This document shows positions 49,137-61,498 of a stretch of DNA of 64,000 bases, in pieces (positions within the stretch are counted from its first letter, which is position 1; every line of letters begins with the position of its first letter). The DNA comes from Octopus bimaculoides (Eukaryota). The stretch is from the NCBI RefSeq assembly GCF_001194135.2, contig NC_068985.1, positions 18,591,285 to 18,655,284 of the forward strand. The letters are read 5' to 3'. Under the pieces are notes generated by a model. It was not told where the DNA came from and ran no database searches. It saw only the letters and a program-made list of their open reading frames with translations. Position numbers and translations under genes: made by a program.

Positions 49137-51461
49137 ATTGCTTAAGGTAACAATTATATATGGCAGTCACAGCTGGCCAAATCCCTTTGGTGCCCGATTA
49201 CCAGATTACATTGAAATCTCAGAGGATTGAAATTGTATTAGCAACGTTATAATGCAGATCAATGTAGTGAGGCCGATAATCTCTGTAGAAATAGTCTCTG
49301 TGAGGTTTTTATAGGAGTAGCCCAGTAGATGATTTGTTCTAGGCCGAAGATTAAAAGCAAAGATCATCTGAAGTAGGAAATTGAATCAAGACTCTTTTAA
49401 GTCTCGTTTGAGAAAATAGATTAGGGTGAATTTAAACTTACAACCTCTCCCACGGGTTCTCTGTAATGTGAATAAATGAAATTCCATACATACGATTCTG
49501 AGCGATTACATATCACATGCTGCTTTCGTCTTTTAATCGCCGGGAAACGCGTTATGTAGTCATTCAGAATTGCGTCTAAGGAAGAATCCGAAGATCTAGT
49601 CAGAATGCTTGCGAAAGAGCGAAAGCCCCCTCTAAAGGCAACAAATAGATCAGCTAGTGCTGTTAAACTTGAAATAGATATAATTCATTCGACGAGCTTC
49701 CGCTGTTTTTATACACCCATATTTACTAGAGTCATTATCCAAGATCATCCTGATAGGAAGTGTGGAAGGTAGTCAAAGACGTTTGTGAAAGAACCACATC
49801 AAAGAAGAGTCTGGAAACAAGAGCCTGGTTGATTGTAAGCATACGCACAACACAAAAGAAGGAATTGGAGAGTCTTGGCGAGCCGAACCCCGGCTGATGA
49901 TAATGTTTACTAGCAATACTACGGTTACAAAGAGAAAATACTCGCCCAAAGTGCTGTGCTGTTAGACCTAACTTGGAAACGTGATTGCGAAGCGAACTTC
50001 CGAACTATATAGCTATGCACCACTTAAAAACACGGTCACCATTATATTTATACCCCAATAATAATTTAATTCATCTTTTCTATTCCATAAATTATTTTAT
50101 TTTATCTATTTTTGTTTCCATTGTCTCTCATCGTCAACAAAAGCAATTAATATGTTGATAAAGAGGCATTAATTTTTTCTGATCTTTTGGAGCGTTGTTC
50201 TGATTTTCCAATCAGCTTGCATCGCCATGTCCCAGTATATTATGAAGTAAGTGTTTTAAGTGATATAGTTTATTGAATGTTCATGCCATTTAATGTCTAT
50301 ATTCTAAAAAGTGTTTACATATTGCCTATTGAATATAACTTACTTGGACATGTTAGTATGTGTATTGTAATCTGGCAAGATAATGTATTGGATTGTTCCC
50401 TGAGGTACACTTCACTATCAGTGTTTACTATCTCTCGATTTGGTTTGTTATATTTTTTAAGTAGTTTACTTCAGCTCTAAGCATTGTGTAACGATTATAG
50501 AGCTTTCTGACCGAACTTTTTATTAGACCAGCATTATTACTCAAACCATTTTAGCCTCGGTCCTGTCCAGTTTCGTCTGAAAATTACCATGTATCTTTTG
50601 TCACCATTCTATAATCACATCTTGATTTCAAACTGCATGTTATTCTTTCTTACAAAAGGGCTGTTGTTCTTCAACTACTATTGTTCTAAATCAGATATGG
50701 GCAACCTTTTTCGAGAAGCAGGCTGCATGAGACCTGGCTCATCATCAGACAGACCACACTATTAAAAAAAAATTAAAGGTAATTTTTTTATTAGGCGTGT
50801 CATGTCCCGCATGTAGTTTTCTTGTAATTGCTGTAAACTTTGTTTTCTTTCCTACACAAAATCTTTGGTGCTACTTTTTATTCTGACTTTCGGCGTTCAG
50901 AGTTCAAATCACGCCGAGGTCATCTTTATTTTTCATTTTTTCAGGGTCGATAAAATAAGTACCAATCCAGGGTGGAGGATTGATGGTAAGAACGTCTGAC
51001 AAGATGCCTAGCTGTATTTGTTCTAGTCCTTTACGTTCTCAGTTCAAATCCCTCTATGATCCACAAGGCTGGTTTAACATCACAACCGTGAAGTGGTTAG
51101 GTCTGCGAGCAGTCTGCCGCAGGTCCGTAGTCTACGCTGTGGAATGCCACGTTTAATGAAGTTAAGCTGGTTTTAAACTTCCCAACACCACGGTAAAGGA
51201 AGAACTGTATGGTTGCAAACTGTTTTGTTTTCTTATCAATAAAGAGAGACGACTGATAAAAAATTAAAAAATACAAATATTGGAGTGTGGGAAATTATCA
51301 GTTTGAGAACAGCTAGTATGAAAGATACTCCGTTGGTTCATCTGCTCGCCAGTATATATTTTGGCGGTGACCACAACGGCGATAGTCAAAGTGGTCTCGC
51401 TCAAAGGACAATAGATGCTGTTCGTCTGCTTTTATTATCCCTAGTGGTGGGCGTCCGAGCA

Positions 51462-51499
<38 letters not shown>

Positions 51500-51520
51500 A
51501 CTACCTTTTCTCATTCTTTT

Positions 51521-51563
51521 ATATTTTCTGATGAAGGACTAGCGTCCGAAACGTCAAAACTAT
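51521..51563 (+). ncRNA. Minimal type I hammerhead ribozyme motif of Penelope-like-element type
   Basis: CTGATGA (51528-34), extra A, stem II GGAC-tagc-GTCC, GAAA, loopless palindromic stem III AC/GT, GTC cleavage triplet (cut after 51555), stem I ATATTTT / AAAA-c-TAT. Confidence 0.7.
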
Positions 51564-52129
51564 TTCCCTTTTTAAGCGTTAAACTCGTCCCTCTTGTGTT
51601 GTCTTTTTGTGCTCATTTCCTAACATATATATTGTTGATGTCATAAGGGTTTTATAAACTTTTCAGAGAATGTGAAATAATTCTTGGGAGGGGGCAGCTA
51701 GTTTCGTACACAAGAGTTTGGGAAAAGCGAGTGTTCTGGAATTGAGTTTTTCCAAAACTTTCACTAAAGAAACCGATCAGTAAAGTCGGCTGAAATGGAT
51801 CTTTAATACTATAGTGTGTGTGTGTGTGTGAACAAAACTTTCCTAAACTAGAAACCCTTAAATAAGTATTATCCTAGCCATAATTAGAATCCTAATGAAG
51901 GACAATCATGCAACAAAGTCACCATAAACCAAGAATCTTTTTGAGAGATTGAAGGACAACTTAGAACAACGAAGGTCAACTTAGATAACTACGAGATTGA
52001 AGGACAACTTAGAACAACGAGACACGCTATAAAAAGATTCACTGACAACAGGCACATCAAATACATACTCCCATCATCAGCTGCTTATATATATATAAAT
52101 GCTGTTAGTAAGAAGAGAGGCGGTGGATT

Positions 52130-52380
52130 CAAAATGTACTATGTTAAGTCTGTTGTTTTGGGAGCTAGGACTCTAGAGGTTTAATGAAGGATTGATATAG
52201 TTGTGTCAAGAGACAGGTGTGACAATGTGAGAGTGATATCGTCTGCATATGAAGCTGAGCCTGTGTTGGGCAGCACATACTCTAGCTACGTCATTGATGG
52301 ATGGAGGAAAGTATGCTCAAAGTGGAGGCCTGGTTCGAATGTTTTTAACTGAGTAGACTCTGCAAAAGGTACCCAAAATG
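52130..52380 (-). pseudogene. Non-LTR retrotransposon reverse transcriptase fragment
   Basis: Minus strand ...INDVARVCAAQHRLS.SYADDITLTLSH with the catalytic YADD motif; frameshifted. Confidence 0.75.
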
Positions 52381-52389
52381 CCAAGTGGT

Positions 52390-52690
52390 GATGTTACGAT
52401 GATGAGGATTCCAGTTGATCTGATCAACGGAACAGCATACCCGTGAAATTAACGTGCAAGCAGCTGAAAATTCCACAGTCATGTGTACCCTTAATGTAGT
52501 TCTCAGGGAAACTCAGCGTGACCCAGAATGTGACAAGGCTGTCCCTTTGAAATGCAAGTACTACTCATTATTGCCAGCTGAGTGGACTGGAGCAACATGA
52601 AGTAAAATATCTTGCTGAAGGACATAGCGCACCGCCGGGAATCGAACTCACGACCTTACAATCGTGAGTCAAATACCCTAACCACTTCAC
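52390..52690 (-). mobile_element. SINE family C
   Basis: Head GTGGTTAGGGTATTTGACTCACGATTGTAAGGTCGTGAGTTCGATTCCCGGC on minus; body GATCAACGGAACAGC, GAAATTAACGTGCAAG. Confidence 0.85.
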
Positions 52691-52787
52691 GGTGGTGATG
52701 TTAAACCAACCTTGTGGATCATAGAGGGATTTGAACTGAGAACGTAAAGGACTAGAACAAATACCGCTAGGCATCTTGTCAGACGTT

Positions 52788-53201
52788 TGTAGTAACGCCG
52801 TGCGCATGCGTAGTCTCACGCATGCGTGGAATTAAACAAGCAAGCGTTCCCGCTTCTATTCTATCTCTTTCTCGGTCGGCCGGCCATGAGCATGGACGTG
52901 TCAAGCAGTGTCTCCAACATTCCAACCTGGAGACAGTCTCTTTACGTGTTTAGCTACCACTCTCCATCTTTCGGACTTACGCTCGACAGCTCGCTTACAT
53001 CTACATAACAACGTCCCAACAACTATGCTCACACACACAGAAGCTGTAACAACTGTCAACAAGAGCTAAAGATGTATATATTTACCACCTGAATAAATGT
53101 TGTTTAAGTTGATAGTCTGGAGTTCAGCGTTCCGTTATATTCTTAATTTTATATAGGAAAGTCAGGTATACATCTAATGATGTATAACCAACTTTCCTAT
53201 A
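52788..53201 (+). mobile_element. 414-bp solo-LTR-like insertion
   Basis: Starts TGTAG, ends CTATA (CTACA expected), internal AATAAA, flanked by a 4-bp TSD CGTT; interrupts the right arm of an inverted duplication. Confidence 0.6.
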
Positions 53202-53223
53202 CGTTCTTACCATTAATCCTCCA

Positions 53224-53500
53224 AGATCTTTTTAAAAACGGGGGCCACATTTTTCATTAACGAAACACTTTGAAACTTGGAACACTGGTAGAATGTGTCA
53301 TATAAAACATCTTTTTCTCTTAGTCTTCTTTAAAAAAAAAGAAATCCCTAAGTTATTCCATGTTAAAGTTGTCGTATTTCTGTAATTTCAACCAATTACT
53401 GACGTCCATTCAGCCGATATACATTAAGTGCCGACTACATAAACAAACGATTCTGAAACAATTCTATCGGTGATAGGGTTAGGGTTAGGGTTAGGGTAAA
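53224..53500 (+). mobile_element. Left arm of foldback DNA element with (TTAGGG)n
   Basis: Roughly 85% identical by eye to the reverse complement of 56697-56907; followed by TAGGGTTAGGGTTAGGGTTAGGGT at 53474-53497. Confidence 0.7.
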
Positions 53501-53912
53501 ACAGCAAATTTAAAAAGAAAAAAGCAAAACGAAGCTATGGAAATTAAATACGCTTTACACCGCTTAATCAGCCAAAGGAGTNNNNNNNNNNNNNNNNNNN
53601 NNNNNNNNNNNNNNNNNNNNNNNNNNNNNNNNNNNNNNNNNNNNNNNNNNNNNNNNNNNNNNNNNNNNNNNNNNNNNNNNNNNNNNNNNNNNNNNNNNNN
53701 NNNNNNNNNNNNNNNNNNNNNNNNNNNNNNNNNNNNNNNNNNNNNNNNNNNNNNNNNNNNNNNNNNNNNNNNNNNNNNNNNNNNNNNNNNNNNNNNNNNN
53801 NNNNNNNNNNNNNNNNNNNNNNNNNNNNNNNNNNNNNNNNNNNNNNNNNNNNNNNNNNNNNNNNNNNNNNNNNNNNNNNNNNNNNNNNNNNNNNNNNNNN
53901 NNNNNNNNNNNN

Positions 53913-54240
53913 GGTTTCGATTCCCAGACCGGGCGTTGTGAGTGTTTATTGAGCGAAAACACATAAAGCTCCACGAGGCTCCAGCAGGGGATGGTGGCGA
54001 ACCCTGCTGTACTCTTCCACCACAACTTTCTCTCACTCTTTCTTCCGGTTTCTGTTGTGCCTGTAATTCAAAGGGTTAGCCTTCTCACACTGTGTCACGC
54101 TGAATATCCCCGAGAACTACGTTAAGGGTACACGTGTCTGTAGAGTGCTCAGCCACTTGCACGTTAATTTCACGAGCAGGCCGTTCCGTTGATCGGATCA
54201 ACTGGAACCCTCGACGTCGTAAGCGACGGAGTGCCAACAA
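53913..54240 (+). mobile_element. SINE family C, young (head lost in the N gap)
   Basis: GGTTTCGATTCCCAGACCGGGCGTTGTGAG...GACGGAGTGCCAACA; CpGs intact. Confidence 0.9.
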
Positions 54241-54254
54241 TAATTAATGTATAT

Positions 54255-54450
54255 TGGTTTCAAATTTTGGCACAAGGCCAGCAATTTCGGGAGAGGGATA
54301 AGTCGATTACATTGATCTCAGTGTTCATCTGGTACTTATTTTACCGACCCTGAAAGGATAAAAGGCAAAGTCGACCTCGACAGAATTTGAACTCAGAAAT
54401 GGCGCTAAGCATTTTGCCCGGCGTTCTAGCAATTCTGCCAGCTTGCTGCC
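54255..54450 (-). mobile_element. SINE family B
   Basis: TTGGTTTCAAATTTTGGCACAAGGCCAGCAATTTCGG...GTCGACCTCGACAGAATTTGAACTCAGAA...CTGCCAGCTTGCTGCC. Confidence 0.88.
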
Positions 54451-56077
54451 TTATATCATAAATATAGATATATAATTTGTTTATTTATTATTTATCTTGG
54501 TGTTGTTTGCTTTTCTCACTTTTTTTATTGTTTAAAGTGGCTTTCACACGCTTCCCAAGTTCCCAAACACGTGCAAATGAATTTTCTGGATCTTTCGATT
54601 ACATATGTCGGGCCTCTAGTATTTTGTTATCCAATGCATACTGGTTCAAGCCATTTATATACATGAAATAAATTACCAACTCTCCATTACTGATATAGCA
54701 ACACGCAGTCCTGTTTACCACATCCGTTAGGAGTGTCAGTACGGAGCAAGCTGTGATAACGAGTCTTTCTTGGAAAACCATTTTCTTATAAGGATTGAGC
54801 TGGTTGTGTTTTTCCAGGTGTGCGCACAGTTAATCCACTCTTTCGAGGATTGTTAGTACTTATATTTTGGGAAATAAGACTTGTCTTTCCGGGCCAGAAT
54901 AAGCTAAGTCGGAGCTTGTAGCATATATTATAAAGAGGCCCAAAATCAAATTTAAAAAATCTAACAGTTTTATCTAATTATAATTAATTATTTTTAAGAA
55001 ACCAACTTCATATTTGAAGGGCCGATGTAGACAGATCAATTAGCAGAGAGGTGAAGTAATCGAAATAAATACTAGAATTCTAGTATTTGTTTTATCTAAA
55101 GCTTACTATCACCAACTGCAAATGTTTTTGAGATATTTAGAAGGTTAACACTGGAAGATAATGCCTTATACTAGTAACATAGTAAAGGTTCTCAGTGCCC
55201 AGGAGCAAAGAGACTTTCGGTAGCTCCACCTTCATTAAACGACATGTTGCACCATTTTACTATGGCTATGCCTTGGACACTCTAAATTATGCGACGAATT
55301 TGAGTGTGTGGACTCTTTCCCTTTAGATTCTGGTTTTGTTTTAAACCAAACCTAAAATATAAAACTCAAATGCTACAACATTACGCGAATCCATTATGTG
55401 ACATTGTTACTTATTTTGCGGTTTAACCTAAAAATTTCGACTTATTTGTGCTATAATTTTTGTTTAACTTCATAAAATTAAAGGAGAAATTGCAGACAAT
55501 AAACTGCTTACTACCTTTTTAAAACCCTTATTTGAATTAATGAAGATGGCAACAGCATAGGTAGGGATGGACACTTTTGAGTTTGCTGTATAAGCCTGCA
55601 TTGGCCATGTTGCCCGTGTAATGGTAGCAAACTCAAAAACAGCATCGAGCGACACACTCTCTAGCTATGCCACTGGAAGATGGTTAACATAACGGTATCT
55701 TCAACAGGCCAGAGAAGAGATCAAATTGGCATGAACCAACGTTATTAAAAGCGGTTTACCCGTCTCTGATAAACGCAAAGAGAACCCTTTGGCAAATAGT
55801 TTCCTATTTTCTAAATCGCTCTAATTCTTATATACTATTCTGTTACTGGTAAATATTTCTTGTTCACTACATGTATATCTAATATACTAGTGACCCATAC
55901 AAAGGGCCGTCTTAGCTGCATTATAAACCCCTGGGCAAATCAATGTACTGTACTTAGTAGTATTTATTTATTGACAGCAAACCACCCCATACATAGATCA
56001 GAATTGGGCTTCTGGATCTGTGAAGCCCCTGGGAAACTGTGTCCGGTCTGCTCATGCCTTAAACTGACACTGCCATT

Positions 56078-56907
56078 GGATCTTTGTGGTTTGATGGGCA
56101 ACATTTTTTATGTAGTGTTTTTGGTACCGAAACACTTTCAAACTTCGTATACTTGTATATTTTGTGGTATAGAACAGATAAAAAATTTTGTATTCGAAGT
56201 TATTTCACGTTAAAAATTGTCTTATTTCGATAATTTCAACTAATCACTGACATCTATTCAGTTGAAAACATTAAGTGCTGTAACGGTGTATATGGTATTA
56301 ATCCCCGTTAGTTCTGGCATTTCCGATTAACTAGACTGTTCGTAAACAAAGGGGAAAAAGCCATCAAAATACTTGAATATTGCCTGCACTTGTTATTGGA
56401 GCTGGCAGAATTATTAATGCACCTCCAAGTGCTTCATTTCCTAGAAATAGCAGCCAAATCTTCTTTAAATCAAACTCTAGTTTAGGGTTAGGGTTCGGGT
56501 TTTAGAGTTAGGGTTATGAGTGAAGTTATGGCAAAAATAATCATAACCCTAACCGTAACCCTAAAACTAACCCTAACTTTAGAATCCGAACTCTAAAATT
56601 GTTACACACACAGCGTAATTTATTATATAAACAATATATACGTATAAATTACGATTAAACCGGATTATGTCACAAGGAATAACATTTTTATGACCGGCCA
56701 GCAGTAACTGTATTCAGCTGAATAGACGTCAGTGATTGGTTGAAATTACAGAAATACGACAACTTTAACATGAAATAACTTGCGATGTACAAAATTTTGT
56801 TAAGAAGGTTAAGAGAAGTTGTTTTATATGACACATTCTATCAGTGTCCCAAGTTTGAAAGTGTTTCGTTAAGAAAACAAATGTTGCCCGTCAAACCCCA
56901 AAGATCC
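56078..56907. mobile_element. 830-bp foldback/MITE-like DNA element with ~200-bp imperfect TIRs and internal inverted telomere-like repeats
   Basis: GGATCTTTGTGGTTTGATGGGCAAC left and GTTGCCCGTCAAACCCCAAAGATCC right; TTAGGG-like block 56481-56516 facing CCCTAA-like block 56544-56577. Confidence 0.75.
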
Positions 56908-57174
56908 CTGCCCTTACATCAATATGTTTTTGGCATTTATTACTAAAATACTTAATGAGTAGTTTAAAATGAGGCCTGCATTTTACGTCTAGCCTCCGTC
57001 CTACAACCAAATAAAATTAGACCTGCATTTCACATCCGGTCTGGACCTGATATATTAGTGATAATTTGATTGATTCATGGGCCTGGTCTATAATGCATTA
57101 ATAATCTGATTAATTTAACCAATCTTATTTATGAGAAAAATAATAATTAAGCTCAGCTGTTCTATGACGAATAT

Positions 57175-57390
57175 AATGGTTTCAAATTTTGGCACGAGGA
57201 CAGCAATCGTAGGGGAGGGAAATAAGTCGATTACACTGATCCCAGTGCCCAACTAGTACTTATTTTATTGACCTCGGAAGGAAGAAAGGTAAAGTCTACC
57301 TCGGCGGAATTTGAAATCATAACGTAAAGAACCGGAAGAAATGTTACGAAGCAAACTTACCGACATAACGATTCTACTAGCTTGTCGCCT
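57175..57390 (-). mobile_element. SINE family B
   Basis: GGTTTCAAATTTTGGCACGAGG...ACCTCGGCGGAATTTGAA...GCTTGTCGCCTT. Confidence 0.8.
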
Positions 57391-59359
57391 TTTATGACGA
57401 ATATGATGAATCATTTCCGTTTTGATAGAACGACGAATCTATTTACTTAGCATCCGACAAAAAATGAAACAGTTGTTATTTAATTTGATTTTTGTAATTT
57501 GTTGGATTTAAAGTGTATTGGATCTCGGATATTTTCCAGATTCTGGATCAATCCTAAACATGGTCGTTCATAAAAGTGGAAAGCAGGATAGCATTTATGT
57601 TCTATAACATGTAGCAATGTTCTGTAACATGTACGACCCTTGCTGCTCGATCAATCTGAACTGATCCTGCCTTCCAATAATCTGCTTGTTTATGTGAAAA
57701 TGTATCGAAATTGAGTGGAGATATATATCGGTCCTACGACAACGTCTGAAGGAGCCAAATGTTGATTTGTTTCTTGTTAGTAGGAGTTTTAAATAATCAT
57801 GATTTCCAAAAGTAAACAGCAAAAAAAAAAAAAAAGATATTAAAGAAAGTGGGAGTAAAGAAAAAAGATAAATTTATTAATAAATAAACTGGAGAGGCAT
57901 ACACACTCCTTCAATCTTATATCGCACTCGGTGACATTTCTGTCACTCCCTAAAATTTTTTGAGGTAACCTTAAACACTTGCAGTATTACCGCGTGTGAT
58001 TGCGAGGCTGAGGTACTTGGAACAGCCAAGCACCCTCCCCGAGGCAGGATAAACTAACGAACTCAAAAACTTCCAAGTCAGTAGTCCAACTTCCTCTGAA
58101 GTCTCAAAAGCCACAGATTGGAAAAAGTAATATTCCTTCAGAATTACAGCAATTTAGGGTCTTCCGTTCAGCTACAATTGCAGTAACTCCCACCGCGGTC
58201 ACAGCATTGAGGACACATGATGCAACAAAGAGTTGTTAACAATGACATCTGATATGAGACCCTTACCTAAGAAAAGAATAAGTCCATTGTGTCTCACAAC
58301 CCACATCCCTGGAAATCTCACTGGCTCCAGAATATCCTGAAATATTTCTTCAACCTTAATGATTAGGTTTCTTTGGTTGTGGTGACCAAAGCAACCCACG
58401 TTTAATCGGCAAGGCAACCCATGAAAACCTCCAGACTCATAGGGCTTGCCACATCGCCTTTTCATTTACACACGAGCACCGACTTTGAAAGCGACGGAGA
58501 CGTGTAACTCATCTGGATCACATAAGTCATTGATGTCAGCCACAGGTAAAGCGTCAACCCAATCTTCAGAAAATTTGCCCCACAGAAACTAGGCAGTACC
58601 TTGAGTATTGATCAGATTGATAAAAAAAAAATGGAGAGACAGACAGACAGACCCAGTTTAAACTTATTTTTGAGAAGAGGACACAACAATCTTTGTCATA
58701 GATTTGTTACTTGAAATTCCAGTATATTCTTTATAATCATTTTACTAACATTTGTGCGTTATCTTTACGACCATTAGCATCTTTATGCTTACTGTCTTGT
58801 TCCCAAAGGCATCATTGAGATGTTGATACTGTTGAAATTGTTTCTAATTGCCATTATTTGAAACAATTTCCAAGTCTATCTATCAAACTAGATACCTTGG
58901 GGTATTCGGTTACATCCTCTTATGGCTGAGCTAAAATCCCACTGGAGTCGACTGCCTTTTATCCTTCCGACGTCTATAAAATAATCGTTTAAACAATTTA
59001 AGCGATTGTTCCAAAACCTTCAACGTATCTTCTGGTATCTATATTAGAATCGGTAAAAATTTACATGTGGTGTTTAGTTATAGTTCTTTTTATTTGGAGT
59101 TCAAATCCCGCCTGGGCTGACTTTGCCTTTCAGCTTTCCGGGGTGAATGAAATAGATATTAGTCAAGTACTAAGGTTGATATAATTGACTGCTTCCCTTA
59201 TCTAAATTTCTGACCTTATGCCTGTGTAAGAAATTATTAAGAACAGCGAATCGGAAAAATCGTTTGCGTGTCAAACAAAATGTTTTGCAGTATTTGTTCT
59301 GGATCTTTACATTCTGAGTTCAAATCCTGTTCAGAGCAACTTTACCTCTCATTTTTCCG

Positions 59360-60475
59360 AAGTCAGAAAATATTTTAACTAAACAGACAGTTGCAAGTGT
59401 GGGGAAAAGTTGACCCAGAAAAAAGGAACTCGATGGACAAATCTCATGAATCGTATAAAAAAAACAGCATCCAGAGTATTCTACTACACAAGCAACTGGA
59501 CACCCATCTTTATCGAGTTTTCTTTCACCAAGAGGTAATTTGGTCAGTCGCACGGCCTTAAATGTTTATGGATTGAGTAGGTATGCGTCGGTTTAAAACC
59601 ATTTTCCTTTACTGAAGACCCACTGACTCGTAAGTACACAAACTTAGGAAGTATGACAAATGTGACCTTAAAGAAATACATAGAGAAACTTACTCAAGAA
59701 GTGGAAAAATAAAATATCTGATGAATTTTCGTGGTTAATCGACGGTTAGACTAAGTGTTCAACGCATTTCATTGCACGTTTTGCATCCTATTCGTGCAAT
59801 TATCAAAATGACTATTGTACTGTTTTGCTGGCATTTTCGACAATGGTAAGTGAAACATCATTCACTACTTCCGATTATGTTGAATTTATAGAGTATGTGT
59901 TAAATGTTTATATAAAAAAAAAAAGAAAGAAATGTTGTAGCTATTACCGGAGATAATACTGAAGTGAACAAATCTATAGCGAATTTATGTAGAATACCAT
60001 TGATTGGATGTGCCTCTCATAAATTCAATCTGGCTGTTTCTGCTTATCTTGACAAGCAGGAAGTTCTGCTTGATAAAATCAATATGTTGATGGGCAAGCT
60101 AAAAATCATTAAAACTTGCGGGTAAACTTCGGGAAAAAACGCCTCTTGCAACTTAAACAAAGAAGTAAAACCCGTTGGTCCAGTACTTATGACATGATTA
60201 AGAGATACATCCAACTCAAGCCGCTTTTAGACTCTTTTCAAGGTGATCCAAAGCTGGTTGATTATCTGTTGACTCCACGCGATCATAATGATCCGCAGAC
60301 TCTAAAAGACAATTTACGAAAGTTACGCTCAGTAACAGTCGCCTTGCAAAGAACAGAAATAGATGTGGGAGATGCTCAAATTCTTTTTGATGAAATTCTC
60401 GTATTGTATCCTTACGAAAAGTTCAAAAAGTATTTGCGTCCACATTTTAAAAGTGGAGTTGTGAAAATATATGTG
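59360..60475 (+). pseudogene. Defective hAT-superfamily transposase with BED zinc finger
   Basis: Across frameshifts: SCKCGEKLTQKKGTRWTNLMNRIKKQHPEY (BED-like), IDG*TKCSTHFIARFASY (first catalytic D), AITGDNTEVNKSIA (second D), LIGCASHKFNLAV (CxxH), KTRWSSTYDMIKRY, FKSGVVKI; C-terminus truncated. Confidence 0.85.
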
Positions 60476-61498
60476 TGTGTACTCACCATTCCCCCACCCC
60501 ACCTTCAAATTCTGATATAATCGTAATCTACACACCTAAGAGATATTAGTTGAAAATTTCAAAATTTCATTAAAAGCACCCATTTTTCTGAAAGTTATGA
60601 GGGAACAAAGTCGGTGTAGGTATGTCATATCGTGATTATAGTTTTTCATATTGTTAACTATGTTAAATCTTCAATAAAATGTCGCTAAGCGGCCTTGGGC
60701 TAAGAAGAAAGTGTAGTTTTTTAGATTGTTAATATTTATCCGAATATCCGTAAGGGCGAAATTAGAGACCGTCTCCCGAAATTAGTGGTCATACTTTACA
60801 ATTTCCGTAAAATCACGTAACTTGAGGTGACTGTAACGCAGACGACACCTGTACATAGAATTAGACGCAGAAATATAAATGTAATGTGTGTGCGTGCGTC
60901 TTGAACGCCTTTTGTTTTAGTTCATATTTTTTTATTCTTTCATTTTCTATTTTTTACTGTTAACCACAATTTGCTTACTCCACATCAGGCCTCCATTCAC
61001 TCTTCATCGCATGACAATGGGGTGGTACTATTAGGGGATGAGTCCTCTCCCGGTCATCGGCTGGTGGTACAGAAAGCGAAATAAGTCTTCTGGCCATCCT
61101 CGGAGCTGGGACGGTAGATTTCTGGAAACTACATGTAACGGACACTTCGTAGCCTTAGATTGAGTTAGTTAAGATTTCATCATAGCTAAAAATAGATTGA
61201 CAGCTCCCTTAGTGGAAACTTTAAATTGGCGCCCTTTTTGTAAATCAGCAGCAGAATTTCACCATAGCTAAAAACAGATCGTCTACCTCGCTGCTGACTA
61301 TAAATACAGCACAGGGAACCGTAGAAAGGCAGTCTGAATCTGGTTTGACTCGAACGTACGAACAGCGGTTTTAACTGCTATCAACTCAGCTGAGATATGC
61401 AACAACCTAGAACAGCGGTTTTCGCTGCTATCAACCAAGCTGAACCAAATACATGCTTTCTCCGCATATAACTCGTAGCTAGTTATACACATTTGTAA

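Noticed and set aside
53474-53497. Chromosome end / true telomere
   Set aside because: Only about 4 units, embedded inside a dispersed DNA element
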